From: Candidatus Eiseniibacteriota bacterium
Lineage (GTDB): Bacteria; Eisenbacteria; RBG-16-71-46; CAVPCR01
NCBI GenBank assembly: GCA_963823555.1
Contig: CAWGMA010000001.1
Span: forward strand, 2,176,001 to 2,240,000
Reading direction: 5' to 3'
DNA: 64,000 nucleotides
The translations under genes and the position numbers were made by a program. Each line of letters starts with the position of its first letter. The stretch's first letter is position 1. Shown piece after piece: positions 53,728-63,813 of the stretch. The notes under the pieces are model-generated. The model did no database searches. It was given only the letters and a program-made list of their open reading frames with translations, and was not told the origin of the DNA.

Positions 53728-55635
53728 CTACTTCATGAGCGTGATCTTGTGCGTGGACTCGACGTCGCCGGCCTCGAACCGAACCAGGTAGACGCCGCTG
53801 GGAAGTTGCTTGCCGGAACCGGAACGACCGTCCCAGGTGATGGCCTGCTCCCCGGCCGCGAACCGCTCGCCGGCGGCGAGCGTCCGCACCAGGCGTCCGG
53901 AGAGATCGTAGACGGCGATGTCGACCGGTCCCTCCTGGCGCAGGGCGAAGCGGATCTGGGTGGCCGGGTTGAACGGATTCGGCGTGTTGCCCTTGAGCTC
54001 GGTACGCGCCGAGACGAGCGGCGTTCCCGAATCGTCCACCGCGACCCCGCCCGAGGCGATGTCATCGGGCGAGCGCGGCTGGATGCGATAGGTCGCGAAG
54101 GCGAAGTCGAGCGGGCCCCGGACGTACGGCAGCGGATCGCCGATCGTCGGATCGTAGAAGTAGAGTCCTTCGTCGCCGATGAGCACCGTATCCGGGCTGG
54201 CGGCCGCCTTCACCTTCCATTCGCCAAAGCCGATCGACGTGTCCGCGGCCACGACCACATTGTTGACGCGGACGAAGACGCCCTCGTAGGCCTCCGCGGT
54301 GAGCGTGTCCTTGAGGGTGGCGACCGTGACCACATCGGGACCGGGAATCGGCTGCCCGCTGGCCATCACCTCCACGAACCAGGGGTTCGAGATCTCGGTC
54401 TTGCGGTTGAACTCGAGCACCCGGCCTGCCACCTTGAGCTGATCACCGCGCAGCACGAGGTGGCGGCGATCGAAGACGTAGACAGCAGAGCGGGGTCCAC
54501 CGCCCGGCTTCTCGATGTAGTAGCGGCTGCCGTCGGCGCCGAAGTAGTCGTGGGTGTTGTCCCCGGTGACGATGCCGGTCACCGTCACGACCTGGTTGGC
54601 GACCGGGGAATCCCGGCCCGTCCCCTGCACGAAGTCGATGGTCGAGACGCCGCCGATGAACGTCAGCGACTGCGTCGTCACCATCGGCGTGCCCTCCTCG
54701 TTCTCGACGCCGGAGACGTCCAGGATCTCGGGCGTCGGGTTGTTGGGCACGAACGGTGTGGCCACCGTCAGATGGACGAGGTCGTGCTCGACGGCATCGC
54801 GCACGGCCGTGCTGGGGAATTCACCCAGGTTGTTGAAGAAGTAGTTGAGCTCGTCGCCGGCGCTCACCGCATCCACATCGCGGTCGAAGCGGACATCGAC
54901 CTGGGTGTTGGACGTGCAGTAGGCCACCTCGACCTCGGGCGCCGGTTCGCCCGAAGCCCAGTCGAGGTCGTCGTTGTCACGCGGGTTGAGCTTGAACTCG
55001 CCGAACGAGAAGTGGATGACACCCGTCATGAAGTTGAACACCGATCCGACGGGCGGGCGCGGCGGAGTGTTGAGACAGGTGTCATCGCAGGTCAGGGTGT
55101 CGGTAGGAACGGTCGCATCCTCGTCGATCTCGATCACCGTGTACTGCCCGAACCCCTGGTGCAACGTGACGCGCACCGAGTCCACCTTCACCAGCACCCC
55201 TTCCCAGTCCTCGGCCGTGGGGCTGCCGGTGTGGATGGTGTTGACGTCGAGGAGCGCCGGTTGCGGCACCGCCACCACGCCCTCCAGGACGACCGAGCCG
55301 CCCCCCGCCGGCACGTCGAGCTCGCTGACATCGAAGTACTCGATGTACTTGCCCTTGACGCGGACCTTGTCCCCGACCTCGACGGCCGGGGTCGATCCCG
55401 TGTAGCACCAGATGCCGCTCCGCGGGAAGGAAGTGGCTGCGGGTTCCTGCACCCACACCCCGAAGGGAGCCAGGGCGGTGACGACGACGCCGCGCACGGT
55501 CACGATCGTATTCTCCGGATAGACGCCGTTCTGGATATCGGGAATGAAGGCGTCTTCCGGGTCCTGGGCCCAGGCCCCGCCCGCGGCGAGGAGGAGCACA
55601 GCTCCGACGAGGGGGATCCAATTTCGCGCTCTCAT
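53728..55635 (-). CDS. Secreted protein with duplicated OB-fold modules and C-terminal FlgD-Ig (T9SS type A-like) domain
   Basis: Signal peptide AWA; two repeats of 'VTVxGxV...GDxxxVxG...E(Y/F)...AExxEGVxVxV'; CTD 'NTPNPFNPAT...YDLSGRLVRTL...WDG...SGVY...KITLMK'. Confidence 0.85.
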   Translation of the reverse strand: MRARNWIPLVGAVLLLAAGGAWAQDPEDAFIPDIQNGVYPENTIVTVRGVVVTALAPFGVWVQEPAATSFPRSGIWCYTGSTPAVEVGDKVRVKGKYIEYFDVSELDVPAGGGSVVLEGVVAVPQPALLDVNTIHTGSPTAEDWEGVLVKVDSVRVTLHQGFGQYTVIEIDEDATVPTDTLTCDDTCLNTPPRPPVGSVFNFMTGVIHFSFGEFKLNPRDNDDLDWASGEPAPEVEVAYCTSNTQVDVRFDRDVDAVSAGDELNYFFNNLGEFPSTAVRDAVEHDLVHLTVATPFVPNNPTPEILDVSGVENEEGTPMVTTQSLTFIGGVSTIDFVQGTGRDSPVANQVVTVTGIVTGDNTHDYFGADGSRYYIEKPGGGPRSAVYVFDRRHLVLRGDQLKVAGRVLEFNRKTEISNPWFVEVMASGQPIPGPDVVTVATLKDTLTAEAYEGVFVRVNNVVVAADTSIGFGEWKVKAAASPDTVLIGDEGLYFYDPTIGDPLPYVRGPLDFAFATYRIQPRSPDDIASGGVAVDDSGTPLVSARTELKGNTPNPFNPATQIRFALRQEGPVDIAVYDLSGRLVRTLAAGERFAAGEQAITWDGRSGSGKQLPSGVYLVRFEAGDVESTHKITLMK

Positions 55636-55741
55636 GCTGCGTGACCTCCAGTGCTCAGGTGAAGAACCCGCTCCTCGTGAGCAGGCTCAGGTTCGTGGGT
55701 GCATTCCTCCGGACCGAGCCCGGCAGACGGCTGGCCCGTCC

Positions 55742-57190
55742 TCATAGACCGAGCTCGGTGTGAAGGATGACCCGCATGGCCTCCCGATGCCGATTCTCGA
55801 AGGTGCAGCGATCGAGCGGGAAGCCCAGGAAGACAAGGGTACCACCACCGGCCGACCGCACGCGCGTGCCCACCGTCGCCTCAGCCTGATCGGGGGTGAC
55901 GATGCCGGCCGGAATCGAGTAGGCAACGTCGGCGCCGGGAGCGGCCGCGAAGAGCTCGAGCCCCCAGAACGAGCCGACGACCCGCACGCTCACGAGCCCG
56001 GAGACGGCTCCGGGGAGGATATCCCAGAGCGGCTGCCCCGGCACGTAGCGAGTCTTCAGGAAGAAGTTGGTGTCGTCCGGTCCCGCATCCGGGTTCAGCC
56101 GGATCGACCCGGGATCCACTCCGAGGACCTCGCGAACGAACTCGCCATCGAGCTGGCTGCCGGTTCCGATCGCGTTCATCGTCGAGAGATACATGCCCCC
56201 GCCGCGGTCGAGGAGAGCACCAATGCCCGCAGCGGCCTCATGGAGGGAAGCGGTATCGACCGCCTGATTCTCCCCACCCACGACCGCATTCGTCCCCTGA
56301 TACCAGATGACGACGTTGAACAGAGCCAGGATGGCCCCCGCCTCATCCGCGGTGCGGAACGGGGCATCCTCGATCCGATGGATGGTGTAGGGCCTGCCGG
56401 CGAGCGCCGTGTCGAGCTCGGTGCGATAGAACGGATCCGTGAAGGTGAGTGCGCCCGCGATGTCGTCCGGCATGTCATCGATGAGCAGCACCTCGCCCAC
56501 CGGTTCGGTCACCGTCCAGCTGCTCGAGAGGGTATCACTCGGGGCCAGGGCGTCATCGATGGCACGCGCGTAGAAGGTGCGCGACCCGTAGCGGGAGAAG
56601 TCCTCCGGGTAGAACGTGACGAGGCTCTCCGGCCAGGCCACGGTCTTCTTCCGATCCTCCTCGCCGTCGAGCCAGGCTTCGATCCTGTCGATCGTGTCCT
56701 GCCCATCGATATCGCGAACGCTGCAGGCGACGGTGATCGCGGGCAGGGTCACGGGCGGCAGGCCAGCGGGATCGCCGAAGGCGATCGTCGGCGGCGTGTT
56801 CTCGACCGGGAAGGTCTGGGCGGCCGGCGTCGGATCGGAGAGCCGCTCGTCGTCCACCGCTCGCACCTCGAAGACGTGACGGGCCGCACCTGTCGGAGCC
56901 GGCAGGGCGAAGGAATCCGTCGTCGCCGTCGTGAACACCCACGCCTCCGGCGCCCGGCCGCCGTAGGTCCAGCGGTACTCGTAGCCCACCACCCGGCCGT
57001 CCGCGTCCTCGCCCCACCACCGCACGCGGAGGTGGGAGTTGACCGTGTTGAGCGGACCCGTGTAGGTGATGAGGGTTTCCGGCGGCTGATTGGGATGCGG
57101 CTCCCCGGCATCGGTGCCGCATCCGACGACCACGACGAGACCGAGCAGGCACCACGCCAGCATGCTGTGAGCGATCACGCGCGCGCTCAT
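55742..57190 (-). CDS. Lipoprotein with Ig/Fn3-like repeats
   Basis: Lipobox VVG-C, 'PNQPPET', 'DADGRVVGY', 'FEVRAVDD', 'DPTPA'; ATGA overlap. Confidence 0.75.
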   Translation of the reverse strand: MSARVIAHSMLAWCLLGLVVVVGCGTDAGEPHPNQPPETLITYTGPLNTVNSHLRVRWWGEDADGRVVGYEYRWTYGGRAPEAWVFTTATTDSFALPAPTGAARHVFEVRAVDDERLSDPTPAAQTFPVENTPPTIAFGDPAGLPPVTLPAITVACSVRDIDGQDTIDRIEAWLDGEEDRKKTVAWPESLVTFYPEDFSRYGSRTFYARAIDDALAPSDTLSSSWTVTEPVGEVLLIDDMPDDIAGALTFTDPFYRTELDTALAGRPYTIHRIEDAPFRTADEAGAILALFNVVIWYQGTNAVVGGENQAVDTASLHEAAAGIGALLDRGGGMYLSTMNAIGTGSQLDGEFVREVLGVDPGSIRLNPDAGPDDTNFFLKTRYVPGQPLWDILPGAVSGLVSVRVVGSFWGLELFAAAPGADVAYSIPAGIVTPDQAEATVGTRVRSAGGGTLVFLGFPLDRCTFENRHREAMRVILHTELGL

Positions 57191-59079
57191 TTCAGCACCA
57201 TGAAGCGCCCCGTCTCGAGCCGTCCCGAGTCGAGATCGCGGACACTGTAGACGTAGAGCCCGGTCGCCACCGGCTGGTTGTTCCAGGAAAGGAGATCCCA
57301 GGCCGCCATCCCCCCCGACAGGACCGGATTCTCGCCCTCGGGGTTGTTGACGCCGGCGGCATTGGCCGCGTTGTACGAGATGGAATCGAACCGGATGGTG
57401 TCGACGAGATCGCCGCCCAGGGTGAAGATCCGGATCTCCGCGCGCGGCGGCAGATGGGCGAACCAGAGAAAGCGCTCGCGCTCGCTCACGCCGTCCCACT
57501 CCGCGCGTCCGCGATAGGGATTGGGGAACACGGTCACCCGATTCGGGTCGCCGTCTTTGGCCTCGGCGCCGGGAACGAAGAGCGTGCGGTTCTGGCCGAG
57601 GCCGCTCTCGAGGCTGGGCGTCTCCGCATCCCCGGTATCGTAGGAGGTGACCGCGATCCAGTACTTGTGTCCGTCCCTGAGCGCCGAGAAATCGTACCGG
57701 TAGTCGTAGCGCAGAGTGTCCACGACGACCGGATCGCGCAGGTGATCGAGCCCCGAATCGAAGCCGAGACCATTCACCTTGTCCGCCTGGCCGACCAGCG
57801 ACCAGTCGATCCCCGGGATCCCATCCTCGTCGCCGCGGCTCAGGTAGATGCGGTAGCCCTCGAAGTCCTCGATCTGGGTCGATGGATCCCGGACCGACTC
57901 CGGGCTCTCATCCCAGCGGATCAAGAGCGAGCGAGGGGCGGGATCCACCACCAGCCGCGGTGAAGGCGGCGGCAGCGGCACCACGTAGTCGCGCCGGAAC
58001 GCCTCGCGCGCCCAGTCGGCCTTGGCCTGGATGTCGGTGTAGTCCATACCGCCGATGAAGGCGAAGGCCACGGTCACGCTCTCACCGGACCCGAGGAACG
58101 GCCACGGACCGACGGTCAAGAGCTCGGCGGGGTCGTCCTGCAGCTGGATCACGCTCACATCCATGAAGCCCGGCGTGGAAAGCTCGACATAGCGCTCCAC
58201 ATCCTGATCGCGATCCTGAGATCCCGGGTCCCAGGCCCACCAGCGGAAGCCGGGGCGCATGGCGCCGAGCGAATCGGGACGCGTCCCGAGGAGCGCGATC
58301 CCCCCGTGCTGCGGCGCCTGGCCGTTGTCGTAGGTCACATGGTGCTCGACCACGAGCAGGCGCTCGGGATCGAACTCGAGGATCTTGTTGTCGAACCAGG
58401 CCCCGCCCGGCGGCCACTCCTCGTAGCGCCCCTTGTAGCCGCTCGCGAGCTCGGCGTACATGCCGACGTGAAGGTTCAGGAGATCGACATCGGGGTTCAG
58501 GTTCGTGACCTCGACCTCGACGATGATGAAGCCGTCCGCCGGCTCGTAGCTCCAGCCGAGGATCCGCTGATCGACGCGAAGACCGAGCGGGTTGTGGTCC
58601 TCGCCCTCGCGATCGAGGAAGGTGGTATCGGTGTAGGAGCAGACGAAGTCCTGTTCGGAGATGGCATCCGGAGAATAGTAGCGATCGTTGATCAGGATGG
58701 AACGGCGGGTGATCTGGGTGCCCGGTCGCCACTCGGTGGCGGCATCGGTGCGCCCGCCGACCCGGCCGTCCGTGGTCCCCGTGGTGACGAGCGTGTCACC
58801 GTTGTCGGCGCGCACCGCCCCCACCCACAGCCCGGCGCGCACCAGATGCTCGACCTCGCTGCCGAGGGGGAACTCGAAGGAGGGCGATCGATCGACGAAG
58901 TTGTTACCCAGGAAGCCGAAGTTGGACACCGTGAGCCCGACCAGACCGACATCGGTGACCGACGTCTCGAACTCCGCGTCCTCGGCGCCGGGAGCGGCGG
59001 CGATCGTGGCGAGAACACATGCCACGGCGAGCGCGAGAGGCCCCTTGAGGCTGGCCTTCATGTGCCCGCGTCCCCTCAT
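57187..59079 (-). CDS. Secreted protein with Fn3-like region and T9SS-like C-terminal domain (alternative start 59061)
   Basis: Signal peptide; 'SNFG', 'FEFPLGS', 'DFEGYRIY', 'AVTSYD'; CTD 'VFPNPY...IRIFTLGGDLV...WDL...ATGLY...GRFMVLK'. Confidence 0.78.
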   Translation of the reverse strand: MRGRGHMKASLKGPLALAVACVLATIAAAPGAEDAEFETSVTDVGLVGLTVSNFGFLGNNFVDRSPSFEFPLGSEVEHLVRAGLWVGAVRADNGDTLVTTGTTDGRVGGRTDAATEWRPGTQITRRSILINDRYYSPDAISEQDFVCSYTDTTFLDREGEDHNPLGLRVDQRILGWSYEPADGFIIVEVEVTNLNPDVDLLNLHVGMYAELASGYKGRYEEWPPGGAWFDNKILEFDPERLLVVEHHVTYDNGQAPQHGGIALLGTRPDSLGAMRPGFRWWAWDPGSQDRDQDVERYVELSTPGFMDVSVIQLQDDPAELLTVGPWPFLGSGESVTVAFAFIGGMDYTDIQAKADWAREAFRRDYVVPLPPPSPRLVVDPAPRSLLIRWDESPESVRDPSTQIEDFEGYRIYLSRGDEDGIPGIDWSLVGQADKVNGLGFDSGLDHLRDPVVVDTLRYDYRYDFSALRDGHKYWIAVTSYDTGDAETPSLESGLGQNRTLFVPGAEAKDGDPNRVTVFPNPYRGRAEWDGVSERERFLWFAHLPPRAEIRIFTLGGDLVDTIRFDSISYNAANAAGVNNPEGENPVLSGGMAAWDLLSWNNQPVATGLYVYSVRDLDSGRLETGRFMVLK

Positions 59080-60056
59080 CGATCCAGCTCGAAGGTGACG
59101 ATCTTTCCCGAGTCGCGGTCGAGCACGAAGACGAGCGTGGCGCTGGCGCTCAAGGCCACCGGAGCCGTCAGATGTCCTTCGGATCCCTCCGGGGCATTGG
59201 CGTCGACGCGCTGGTCGAACTCGGGATCGCCCGTGTACTTGAGCACGGCACCCAGGGCGGTGTCGGCGACGTAGACATTGTCCTCCTCGTCCCCCGCCAC
59301 ATCGCTCACTCCCTGGAAGACCCCGAGCGGGCTGTCGATACCGGTCAGGAAGAACTCGGCTGCGTTGGGGATCCAGGGATCGAGGACCTGGACCCAGTTC
59401 TTGCCGCTATCGGCGACGAGAACGCGTCCGGGCCTCCACTCGAGTCCGGCGGGTGCGTCAACGTAGCCCGCGCCCGAACCCTCGTCGGCGAGCTGGACCA
59501 GGAACTCCCCTTCGCGCGAGTACTTGAGGACCCGGCTGAGCGCCCGATCGGAGACGTAGACATGGGACGAGTCATCGGCGGCCACCCCGCCGATCTCGAC
59601 CCACGCCGTATCGGTGAACGCGGCGACCTCCGTCAAGGAACGCAGATCCACGATGCGGACGCTGCCGCCGCCAGCCGGATCCAGGTCCGCGATCACGAGC
59701 TCGCGTCCCGAGACCTCGGCCAGGTAGCTCGGGCGACCGCCGGTGATGACGACCCCGTTGGGGCGGGGTTCGGGGCTCGAGCGGTAGTAGCCCACGACCT
59801 GCCCCGAATCGGGCAGTGCGACGAAGACCTGGCTGCCGCTCGTCAGGAGCACATCGCTGGCGGCGCCGAAGCCGTCCCACACCTGCTTGACACGATAGGT
59901 ATTGCTCGGGGGAATGGTCCCGCCCCTGGTCTCGAGCGGGAGCTCGGTGCGGTGGCCGCAGCCGGCGACGAGCAGCGCGAGTCCGACCAGCGCTCCCGGG
60001 AGCCATGCGCCGATCCGGTATCCGGCCTGCCTTCTGTACCAGAACTTGCTCATCAT
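59076..60056 (-). CDS. NHL-repeat beta-propeller lipoprotein
   Basis: Lipobox VAG-C; repeats 'VYVSD', 'VLVADSG', 'VYVADT', 'VFVLD'. Confidence 0.8.
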   Translation of the reverse strand: MMSKFWYRRQAGYRIGAWLPGALVGLALLVAGCGHRTELPLETRGGTIPPSNTYRVKQVWDGFGAASDVLLTSGSQVFVALPDSGQVVGYYRSSPEPRPNGVVITGGRPSYLAEVSGRELVIADLDPAGGGSVRIVDLRSLTEVAAFTDTAWVEIGGVAADDSSHVYVSDRALSRVLKYSREGEFLVQLADEGSGAGYVDAPAGLEWRPGRVLVADSGKNWVQVLDPWIPNAAEFFLTGIDSPLGVFQGVSDVAGDEEDNVYVADTALGAVLKYTGDPEFDQRVDANAPEGSEGHLTAPVALSASATLVFVLDRDSGKIVTFELDR

Positions 60057-60058
60057 CT

Positions 60059-61069
60059 CTAGAACTCGAAGCGCAGCGAGATCCGGTCTACTCGATCGAA
60101 GTACTCGGAGCTCGAGAACGCATAGTCGATGTGGGTAGCCACTCGATCGCCACCGAAGTGAACGCCGACACCTCCCGACCAGGGCAAGGCGTCGGAAGCT
60201 CCGTCATAACCGCCGCGCAGCTCGAGCACGTCGACGACCTCGACCTCCGCTCCGAAACGCAGGGTCTCGTCATTGTCCGCGGGGCGCACGAATTCCCCGG
60301 TCACGAAGAGCGCGGCCCGGCGATCGGTCCATGCTCGGTAGGAAGAAGCCAGCGTGAACGTGGTCGGGGGCGAGAAGCCGGCGAAATCGACCTCGGTGCC
60401 GCCGCCGGACCGGGGGTCGACGTAGGAGCCTCCGGGCTTGAAGTCCGGCCCGAAGCTGGTGATCGACATGGCGAGAACGACTCCGCGGAATCCGGTGTCG
60501 AACGTCGTACCCATGTCGACGAGCCAGGTCTTGGTCGAGGGCCCGCCGATCTCGGTGCCGAGCGCTTCGTAGGCGTAACGGCCCGAGACGCCGAACGTGA
60601 AGCGATCGGTGAGGTGGCGAGCGTAGCTCAGACCGAAGGCCAGGTCGCGATGGGTGAAGCTGCGGCCGGTGCCGTCGGGCTGGAGCTCGGTCGTCTCCTC
60701 GAGGTCGCTCGCAAGGGAGAGCGCCGACAGTCCGATGACACCGCCCCAGGGGATCTCGGATACGACCCCGGCTGCGGTCATGTCGACGCCGGCGAGCCAG
60801 CTCACGTGCTCGACCACGAACGTCGGCCGCCTCAGGTCGGAGAGTCCGGCCGGATTGTTGAAGAGGCTCATCGGATCGCCGAGGATCGCGGTCGAGGCGC
60901 GCCCCATCGCCACCGAGCGCGCCCCGATCCCGATCTTCAGGAAGGTGCCGGAGGACGTGCCGACGCGCTGCGAGCCGATCGGCCCGGCAGCGGCCGGAGC
61001 GGCGGCCAGAACGAGGGCGAGAGCCACCGCGCCGAGGCGGCGCCTCCCTGTGCCCGCTCGCATCACCAT
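60059..61069 (-). CDS. PorV/PorQ family outer-membrane beta-barrel
   Basis: 'GTSSGTFLKIGIGARSVAMG', 'NNPAGL', 'ETTELQPDGTG', terminal Phe (LRFEF). Confidence 0.85.
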   Translation of the reverse strand: MVMRAGTGRRRLGAVALALVLAAAPAAAGPIGSQRVGTSSGTFLKIGIGARSVAMGRASTAILGDPMSLFNNPAGLSDLRRPTFVVEHVSWLAGVDMTAAGVVSEIPWGGVIGLSALSLASDLEETTELQPDGTGRSFTHRDLAFGLSYARHLTDRFTFGVSGRYAYEALGTEIGGPSTKTWLVDMGTTFDTGFRGVVLAMSITSFGPDFKPGGSYVDPRSGGGTEVDFAGFSPPTTFTLASSYRAWTDRRAALFVTGEFVRPADNDETLRFGAEVEVVDVLELRGGYDGASDALPWSGGVGVHFGGDRVATHIDYAFSSSEYFDRVDRISLRFEF

Positions 61070-63813
61070 GCGAGGTTCACTCCCAGCCGCACCTGGCGGG
61101 ACGGGGTCAAGTACGAAGGATTGGAGAGCAGGGCCGCGCGGTACTCGGCGGCGCTCTCCGAGGATGGCGGGGTCGTGTACTCCCCCTGCCCGTCCTCCGG
61201 CTTCTCGCCGGTCTGCGGATCGATGCGCCGCGGGGCCCGGTTGTTGAAGAGATTGCGGATGTCGAGCTGGACCGCGAGCCGGCTGCCCCACACCTCGAAG
61301 CCCTTCTCGAGCTTGGTATCGACGACGTGCTCGATCGCGGCGTTCTTCGAGTATCGCTTGTCGGTGCGGTTGCCGCGCGAATCCTCGGGAGTGTAGGCCC
61401 GTCCCGAGCGCATCCCGTAGTAGAGGCTGGCGGTGAAATCGTCGGGGACCGCGAGCCCGTAGATCTCAGGTCGCTGGTCCCCGCGGCGGACCTGGTAATC
61501 GACCGAGAGATTGAGCTGGTGCGGCCGGTTCCAGTAAGTGAATCCCTCCTCGAGTCCGATCTGACCGGCCGCCCCGAGGATCTCCTGCAGCTCCACCGCC
61601 TCGTTCGGATCCGAGCTGCGCCCGGTCGACACCGAGTAGCTGTACGAGATCGAACCGCCGAGATACGGCGCCGGACGGCGCTCGAGCTCGATCTCGATGC
61701 CCCGCGTCCGCGCGTAGTCGGAGTTCCGGTAGATGAAGAAGTCGCCGTGCCCCAGGCGGCTGAAGCGGGTGGCGGTCGGATAGTCGTACTGGTCCTTGAA
61801 GAAGAAGGTGAGGTTGCCCGCCAGGCGGTCGGAGAACGTATGGGCGCCGCCGAACTCCCACTGGCTCGACACCTCGGGGTCGAGGTTGATGTTCCCGATC
61901 AGCGGAAAGTCCTCGCTCGAGACCGACCCGATCTTCGAGTAGATGTAGAAGTAGGTCGGCCACTGCGAGAAGCGCCCGTAGTTGAAGAAGAGCTTGTCGC
62001 GATCCGTGACCGGATGGGAGACCGAGAGCCGTGGGCTCCACCTTCCCTTGAGATGCCGGCCGAAGAGGCCGAAGGTATCCTCTTCGAAGGCATTGACGAG
62101 AAGCGGGGTGATCGCCGGCCGGCTGGTGTCGGCGATCGCCTCCTCCACCTCGGGGCCGGGATACCAGTAGTCGAAGCGGAGCCCGACGTTGCCGACGAGC
62201 CCCTCGTAGGCGAACTGGGCCTGCGCGTAGCCCGCCCCCACCTGCGGGTGGACATTGTAGAGATCGTGAATGCCGCCGAGACCGTCCGGGTCCTCGATCC
62301 AGGGATCGATGATATCGATGTACTGGATGTTCTGGAACGAGTGCACGACACCCGACTTGAAGGTGTAGCGACCGCGCTTGGCCGTCATGTCCCAGTCGAG
62401 CGCCCACTCGGTGATCGAGTGATCGTGCCAGCGATTGTCGTCCCCGGTGTCGGCGAAGTAGGGATGGTCCTCCCCCGGGGGCAGCGCCTGGTCGTCGGGC
62501 TCCTCGTAGTCGTACCAGGGCTTGCCGTTGACGTCGTAGTGGTAGGTCGTGAAGTAGCGCGAGAGCCGGAACTCGTGCAGGGTCCGCTCCGACTGCAGGT
62601 GGTTCCAGACCATCGATAGCGAGTTCTTGTCCTCGGTGTAGGTGAGAAAGTGGTCCAGACGCTGGTGCCACTCCCAGGGATAGGTGGTGTTGGCGGTGGG
62701 ATCGACGCGGGCGATGGGCTGGAAGAAGTAGCCCGAGTTGATGTTCAGCACCTTGTTGAAGGTGAGTAGGTACTTGTTCTTCTGGCTCGTCTTCCACGCG
62801 AGCTTCAAGAGCGCCTGCCAGTCGTTCTGGGAACGCGAGTCGAAGGGCGTCCCGTAGCGGAAGAGCTGCCCGAGGAAGCGATCCTCGTAGCTCGAGACCC
62901 GGGCCTTGGCGCCGGGCACCGAGGACCAGCCCGGAAGGTTGGTGTCGGAGACGCGACCGGACAGCTCCCCGAAGTAGGTGAGCTGCCCGGGGACCTTGAG
63001 CGAGCCCTTGGCCAGGAGCGGCCCCTCGAGCTGCATCGTCATGTAGTCCGAGCGGAATCCGTCCCAGCCCCCCACCACGTGATCGGTGGTCCAGCTCAGG
63101 TAGCCATGGGGCTCGTCCCCGCCCTCGCGCGTGGTGATGTTGACGATCCCCGAGAGGGCCTGGCCGTACTCCGCCGGGAACCCGCCGGTCAGGATATCCA
63201 GCTCGGCCACCGAACGAGCCGAGAGATCACCGGCCCGGGACTGCCCGGTGACATAGTCCTTGATGACGACCCCGTCGACGACATAGACGACCTCGTCCTG
63301 CCGGCCGCCGCGGATGTGGGTCTGGTTGTCGTAGAGCGTGACTCCGGCCTGCCGCCCGACGACGGCGAGCACCTCGTCCACCGGCATGCGCAGGATCTCC
63401 TCGCGCTCGACGGTGCGCACCGTCGAGGCTTCCTTGACGTCGACCATCTTCTGCTGGCCGAGCACCTCGATCTCGCTCATCAACCGCGGTTCGGCCTCGA
63501 GCACGAAGGCGAGCTTGATGCCGTTCTCGCCGAGCATCACCTGCCGCGTCTCCGAGTTGTAGCCGACGAAGCTGGCTTTGATCGAGTAGTTCCCGGCCGG
63601 AGCGGTGAAGGTGAAGCGGCCCTCCTCGTCGGTGGAGGCGCCGTAGCCGGTGCCGAGCGCGACGACGCTGGCGAAGGGCAGCGGCTCGCCGCCCTTGCTG
63701 CGAACTTCGCCGTTGATCTCGGCGGCGAGGGCACCATCAGGGAGGCTCAGGGCGAGGACCACGCAGGCGACCAGGAGCAGCGCGACCGAGGCGCAGCCCG
63801 TCTGCTTCATCAT
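61063..63813 (-). CDS. TonB-dependent receptor with N-terminal carboxypeptidase-regulatory-like domain
   Basis: 'GEPLPFASV', plug 'HIRGGR..E', 'TGGFPAEYG..LSG', 'SPRLSVSHP', 'FFNYGRF', terminal Trp. Confidence 0.92.
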   Translation of the reverse strand: MMKQTGCASVALLLVACVVLALSLPDGALAAEINGEVRSKGGEPLPFASVVALGTGYGASTDEEGRFTFTAPAGNYSIKASFVGYNSETRQVMLGENGIKLAFVLEAEPRLMSEIEVLGQQKMVDVKEASTVRTVEREEILRMPVDEVLAVVGRQAGVTLYDNQTHIRGGRQDEVVYVVDGVVIKDYVTGQSRAGDLSARSVAELDILTGGFPAEYGQALSGIVNITTREGGDEPHGYLSWTTDHVVGGWDGFRSDYMTMQLEGPLLAKGSLKVPGQLTYFGELSGRVSDTNLPGWSSVPGAKARVSSYEDRFLGQLFRYGTPFDSRSQNDWQALLKLAWKTSQKNKYLLTFNKVLNINSGYFFQPIARVDPTANTTYPWEWHQRLDHFLTYTEDKNSLSMVWNHLQSERTLHEFRLSRYFTTYHYDVNGKPWYDYEEPDDQALPPGEDHPYFADTGDDNRWHDHSITEWALDWDMTAKRGRYTFKSGVVHSFQNIQYIDIIDPWIEDPDGLGGIHDLYNVHPQVGAGYAQAQFAYEGLVGNVGLRFDYWYPGPEVEEAIADTSRPAITPLLVNAFEEDTFGLFGRHLKGRWSPRLSVSHPVTDRDKLFFNYGRFSQWPTYFYIYSKIGSVSSEDFPLIGNINLDPEVSSQWEFGGAHTFSDRLAGNLTFFFKDQYDYPTATRFSRLGHGDFFIYRNSDYARTRGIEIELERRPAPYLGGSISYSYSVSTGRSSDPNEAVELQEILGAAGQIGLEEGFTYWNRPHQLNLSVDYQVRRGDQRPEIYGLAVPDDFTASLYYGMRSGRAYTPEDSRGNRTDKRYSKNAAIEHVVDTKLEKGFEVWGSRLAVQLDIRNLFNNRAPRRIDPQTGEKPEDGQGEYTTPPSSESAAEYRAALLSNPSYLTPSRQVRLGVNLAW

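Noticed and set aside
53749..55644. 631-aa plus-strand ORF
   Set aside because: Exact antisense mirror of the FlgD-CTD gene.
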